Shown: positions 58,013-64,000 of the stretch, piece after piece
Numbering within the stretch: position 1 is the first letter of the stretch
How the letters are laid out: every line of letters begins with the position of its first letter
Assembly (NCBI GenBank): GCA_964016885.1
Contig: OZ024743.1
Coordinates: 295,802,001-295,866,000 of the forward strand
Reading direction: 5' to 3'
DNA: 64,000 nucleotides
From: Eledone cirrhosa
Taxonomy: Eukaryota
Notes under the pieces: generated by a model
What the model was told of the DNA's origin: nothing
What the model saw: only the letters and a program-made list of their open reading frames with translations
Databases searched by the model: none
Program-made: the position numbers and the translations under genes

Positions 58013-59468
58013 ACACATTAAACTTCAACAGGGATTATTTCCAAAATGTCATCTATTGTACTCTGTTTGACAAGAAAGATTTTGTAAACTAGAAATATTC
58101 TATCATGGAAAATAAAGTTGTATTTCATTTACATAGAAATATAAAGTTTCAGTTAGATTTTTATATTTATATATATACAAATATAATTTAGATACATGTG
58201 TTTTAAAATGTAAATACATTTTGGTGAATTAAGAGAAGTAGTTTATCTTGCTACTATACAGTAATTATAAAAAAGATTTATGTTCGTAGGATTCTTAGAT
58301 ACATTTATCTATATTTATAACATATTTCCTTACAGTACAAACATTAGACAAACTATATTAATCGATAACAATAGAATTCTACACAAAACAAGGTGAACCC
58401 CATTGGTTGCTGGATAAATATCTATCAAAAATTAATACGGTTACATTATACGCAAAACCAAATATTCTATCATGCCTCAACCATTGAGGAATATGAAATC
58501 AGGCGACTATGATTCCTTGATATTTTACGACGGATCACTGGTAAACTTATGGTGGATACGTCACGACTATATTAGTTCTGAGTATGAAGACAAAACGGTG
58601 AAATCTTCGAAACGTTAATACACACATGTATTTAAGAACGTTACTATTCAAAAGTAAGCATTAAGTACCAATAACTAAACACGCAAGAATGATGGAATTA
58701 GAATACAGTTGTATTTTTAATATAACACGATTGAAAGAAATGTTCCTTGCGTACACAAATGCATGTATACATACACATATTCACTATAGATATACATGTG
58801 TGAGTGGGAGAGGGGAGGCTGATATGCATGGGTGACTGCTGGCTTTCTGCATAAACAATTTATCCTCGCTTGTGCCTTGGAGGGAACCCTTCTATGTGTA
58901 AATCCCCAGGTTATTCATTACAGAAGCTGATCTGTACATATATGTATTAACTATGAAATAAGTCATCGCAAAGCAAATTATCTAAATAATAGTCGATTAT
59001 ATTAAAAAGTAGTTGAGAAAAATGGGTAAAGTAACCCTGGAGATGGAAATGGGTGACAGAGGCACGTGTGATTTATTCTAATTTGCTATAATATATTGCC
59101 TATAATTATCATCTGCCGTCTATTGTCAAATTTATATCAGAAAATACAGAAACCTACAGCTTAACGAAATACGGTTTCGATGTGCCGATAATCAAAAAGT
59201 GATAATTCGTATAAAAAGACAGGTTAATTTCAATAGATTATATAGTATCTCATATATGATTATTTTCTATACTTGATAGTTCGGGTCTTTTACAAAGTAT
59301 TGTATCATCAATAGCAACCCAGAATTCTCTGTGGCTTATAATATTTTGAACGCCAAACTCCAATAAACCCGTACCCACCCAGACTTTTCATAATTCTTAC
59401 TCTTTTACCTCCCACAATTTGACAAGCAGTATCATCACTGATATTTTCCATCTGATCACTTCAAAATT

Positions 59469-59647
59469 CGAGGGTCGACTGAAAAGTTCATAGGCTGACC
59501 AAGATACTCAACATTAATAACTGCTTTGTTTCTAGAAAGAAACAAGGCAGTTATTAATAAGAAGAGTTAAAATTAATGCATGCAAGATTTGACATCTCTA
59601 GCATCACTACTTCATAGTCAACCTATGAATTTTTTAGCCGACCCTCG
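59469..59647. mobile_element. Tc1/mariner-type MITE
   Basis: 31-bp imperfect TIRs cgagggtcgactgaaaagttcataggctgac / gtcaacctatgaattttttagccgaccctcg, with TA on the right flank. A decayed relative lies at about 53100-53263. Confidence 0.8.
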
Positions 59648-61400
59648 TATATCTAACATAACAGAGAGAAAGGAGTTAACAAATATCCTAACTGGGTTTA
59701 AGAAATACTATCAATCTTAGTCTCATACTTTGAGGAAGAATGTGTTACAGTATTTTAAAGATAATTTTTGACAAGAAAGTGATGTGAGTGTGAATCCTGA
59801 TAATTAGCGTAAGTGTTAATTTCGCAGTATGGTAGGCAAATATAGCGGATGTATAAGTAAACAGCTAATAGATTTATATTTAGGTTGGGATATTATCGCA
59901 CTCGATATAGTAGTGGATAATTAAACTATTTTCTAATCTTGTATAGATTTCATTCCTTATTTCCTGGCACTTCCAAATATATATTGTTTATTAACATTCT
60001 AAGCAGTGTATTTTGGATCACGAAAATGTATTATAGGCTATACCCTATCAAGTTGTACAAGTAATTTATCATTCACTGAAAAGTATAATTGAATATAATG
60101 GACAAATGTAAACATGTTTTTTCAGGCGTAGAGGGATTGTAATTAAAATGTACTATATTGTATTCCCGATCGTGCAATATAATGTGTTTTACCATCGCTG
60201 AGATTTGTAATTGATTGTACTGTAAAAATATAAACAAAATATAAAAAACTTAAAAGACGGAAAAAGAGGTTGCCATCTTTTAAGGGCCTTCACCCTATTT
60301 TTAAGCTACATTATAGCATCTCGGCGCATGAGCACATCTTTCTTAACATTAATTTTATATTACCAGCGCTCAAAAAGTCCGAGGGAGCAGCTTCGTATAC
60401 TCTTTATAAAGAAATTAATTTTTTTCCTAATTTTTCCCTAGCGTGAAAATATGGAGATTCGCCAGGCGTATTTCTCTCCTAGTTAGACTACAATTTTGAG
60501 GTAACTCAGTTGCCTTTGTCTTTCTACATGGATTAAAACCAGTCAGGGAATTTCTTTTCATGCCTATGGAAAACGAGAAAAAGATATTTGCTTATATTTA
60601 TCCAATGTATTCGTTTTCACATCGCAGTGGCAGCTGAAACTCTGATATTGCTTTTGATATTGTTTAATCAGATAAAGAAAGGTAGATACTTTGGCATTTT
60701 AGGGCCTCAGAGACTGGTAGCAAGGAGGAAAGTGTCATGAAACCCGGGGTTTGATTCGATTGCCTACAACTGTGTGGACTTTACAAAATACATCCAGTGG
60801 GCTGGTGGAGGTGTTAAACTCGGCATCAGATTAAGCCTGTCAGTGTATTTTGTCCGACGCACTAACAATTCCACTAATCTATTGTTTTAGACAGACACTT
60901 TTTTATCCGCTCTGATAGGATGAATGGCAAATAAGACCTCGATGGGATTTGGAATCAGTGTTCAGGGAGTCGGAACAAATACCACATAGAATTTCGGCTT
61001 ACACTCTAATGTCTTTGCCAATTTTTTACCTTAGCTCTATTCTACGATTGATTTTCGAAAATAGTCCACAACTTAGATAATGCGATTCCTGTAATTTTTC
61101 TTTTTTCCTAAATTGTGAGCTAAAATCAGTGTTGCATATTTTAGTTTGAAATATTATACAAACATATTTACGACACATACGCATGCAGTTGAAAATACAC
61201 GGAAGCACAATTACACGACTATGCCAACGCTTGTGTTTGTGTATGTGGGTGACTGTGTGTGAGTGTGCGTATGTGTGCGTATGTTTGCGTATAAATATAT
61301 ATATATACAGAAATATGTGTATAAATAAATATATATATATATATATTTATGCACATATATTTCTGTATATATATATATTTATACACACACATACGCACGC

Positions 61401-61545
<145 letters not shown>

Positions 61546-62529
61546 TGTGTGTGTATCGAAAGTGAGAGAGAGAGATACGGAAAGGGAGAGATTGGAAGGA
61601 AATTACTAGAGATAGATTAAATGAATAAAGTTTTGTAGTTCTTTCGAACTACAGGAAGGAATGCGGAAATAATTTCCCTTTTATGCTCGCTAAGTAGACA
61701 TAACATGCTATGATGACAGCTACGACAACAGCCAGTAACACACAAAATAGACGAAAGCATGTTGAATGCACCATGTTCATTTTATCTAGGTAAAATATCA
61801 ATAAGTTCAGCTACTCAAAATCAATCATGGGGAAGCTAGAATTACGTAAATGAAGTGTGCAAAGACATAAATTTCCTATAAGAACGATGGAAGAAATGAA
61901 AATAAACAAAATTGTTTAAGTTTATAATAGGATCAAGAAGCAAATAAATATATTATTGAAATGAAAACAGAAATATGAAACAAAATACAGATAAACACGA
62001 TTCCATATATTATTGTCTTTATTGGAAATCTTTTTTCCTAAATCCTTTTAGTTACGGCTCAGGAAAACATGCTTCTTCGTTAACCTTCCGGCAGTTCTTG
62101 AATGCAGGTGAAGACTAAATCCCTACAAAGACGAACTAGAAATCAACGGAGATGGAATTATATTTACTCCAAATTATATGTTTCCTGAAAATTGTGTGGC
62201 TTCTATGTAAGTAGTGTCAAATTTATAGTCCACGCAATTGTGCGATGATGGTGTGATACTGTACATTAGCTTTGTTCATAGACTCTAAGATGAATGGAAG
62301 TTGTGTCTGAGCTGCTCTGCTTTCAATATTATCATTACAATCCATGTATTTAAAATACAGAATGCCAATGTATTTCAAATTACAATAATATTGTTATATA
62401 TTGACAAAAGCCTACACATATTTCTTACTGGAGTAATTCACGTTAAACAGAATATTATTTGATTGTTGCTTCTCTTAAATCGATAGAATAAGAAGCAATA
62501 ATATAACCCAAATGAATCCAGAATGAGGA

Positions 62530-62949
62530 TGTAGTAACCAAGAGTGATTTGTCATGACCTGGTCGAAGTCAGTGGCGAAAGAGCACGTAGATATGGGTCT
62601 ATAACAGAATACTGGGTTGTATAAGTATAACAAGGAGACGTTGTTTGTGTGTATAATATTTCATTAACAATTTGTGGATATATAGAACAGTATAGGTGAC
62701 AAGTCAATGAATAGATGAAAGAATGAAGCCAAGTTATTAGTTACCGTTCTGGTTGCCAGGCGAACGCGCCTTGCCGAAGGCCAGGAGCCGAAAAGGCAAA
62801 TGAGAGAAAGGGAGCTGAAAGTTATTTGTTTTATAGGGTTCTGCCGGAAGTTACAGAAAGGGTTCTACTTCCTATCTAGAGAGCGTTAATCTACTGGTGA
62901 TGTGAGTGTCATAACAAAGGAGGCAACTCCTGCTACATTATCCCCCGCC
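62530..62949 (-). mobile_element. Probable 3' LTR (~408 bp) with adjacent polypurine tract
   Basis: Bounded by TGTAGTA...TGCTACA (62530-62937). On the minus strand it is preceded by ggcgggggataa and has ctataaaa about 100 bp inside. No partner LTR is in the window. Confidence 0.55.
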
Positions 62950-64000
62950 AGATTTTTAAAATATAAAAATCGAATGAAATATGTATGTAGTAAGTTGGCG
63001 AGAATGTTGTAACAGGCATGAAAATTACGAAAAAACTAATGTTTGCAATAATCAATGATAGATATCAAGGTAGCCAACCGCTCTCGGCCAGAGAACGACT
63101 GGACATCTATATATCCATCACCCAAAGATACAATGCAATCAAAGTAAGAGAAGAGCTCAAAGTTCAAATGTTCAAAATACAGTTCACAGGTGTGCAATCA
63201 CATGACAGCAGGAAAGAAAGTGTGTTCCAGAGAATGAATGCAGGTGGTTTTTGTTCTGTGGTATAACGTGAAATTTCCAACCTCCGAATGGATTTTCTCA
63301 CAGGAAGAGTGCTGCAAAAATAAATTCTCTGGCTTGTTCTGCTGGTTTTGGTTGTTGATGAAGCTGTGTTGCTGTTGATGTTGTTGTCTCGCGGAGTGAG
63401 CGTATTCGATGTTTAAATTCACAGTAAAAAAATTTTTTTTAGAAAAAATGAGTTGCGCAAAGTGCTAGAAATAACAGCCGAAGTTGATGGTCGATGTTGA
63501 GAATGCGTTGACCTGGAAGGGTCAAGAGGCCAGCGACCAAAGAAATAAGCATTCTGAATAAATGCGCAGTTTTCAACGGCAAATTTACGTGGTAAATTTT
63601 TAAACCGGCAAATAGGAGAATATAGCTTAAGGCTGGAGAATCCTTGGCGAGAAACATTATCTCATGGCGCGTGGTTATCTCCGTGAGTCGAGAATTCTGC
63701 TGCCTACACGTGCCAAACAAGGTTAAGTTGAAAAAAAAATATTTCTATTGCGCCAGAAAATGATAGTGCAGCAGGTCGTTGGCAGCCATTTTGAAAAAAA
63801 TGTGTGTGTGAAAGTGACAATGATGAAAAAGAAAGAAAGGCTTCACTTAGTATAACAAATATGGCGAGTTCAATTTTTTTTTTTTTGTGAACTTTGAAAA
63901 AAATTTGAACGATGAAGAAAACGATAAAAAAAAGTAATAGTTGAGATTCATCGAAAATAAATGTTCATGTTGAAATGTTTAAAAAAAAAATCAAATTTCT

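Overview
AT-rich, repeat-saturated animal genomic DNA with no clearly supported host gene. The tRNA-derived SINE family and the extreme (TA)n/(CA)n/(CATA)n density suggest an octopus or related cephalopod, which is inference only. Most ORFs in the track are microsatellite translations. The recognisable coding remnants are all retrotransposons: a Tx1/L1-type LINE, RTE-type LINEs, a CRE-like RLE element and three Penelope-like elements (PLEs), one with an uninterrupted 547-codon RT-GIY-YIG frame. SINEs with target-site duplications, Helitron-type non-autonomous elements, a mariner-type MITE and a probable LTR are also present. The striking feature is non-coding: about 20 type-I hammerhead ribozyme (HHR) motifs or half-motifs from roughly a dozen sequence families, folded here by eye. 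They lie in PLE pseudo-LTRs and in ORF-less fold-back elements embedded in (TA)n. The best case is a near-identical 465-bp hairpin-rich unit with a perfect HHR, arranged as two divergent tandem arrays (19371-21401); it looks like a young retrozyme that could release a 465-nt circularisable RNA. Other HHRs have a U3-A8 compensatory core, U4C or U4A cores, or very large/branched stem II insertions, and several inversion junctions fall inside the ribozyme itself. No cleavage activity or expression has been tested.
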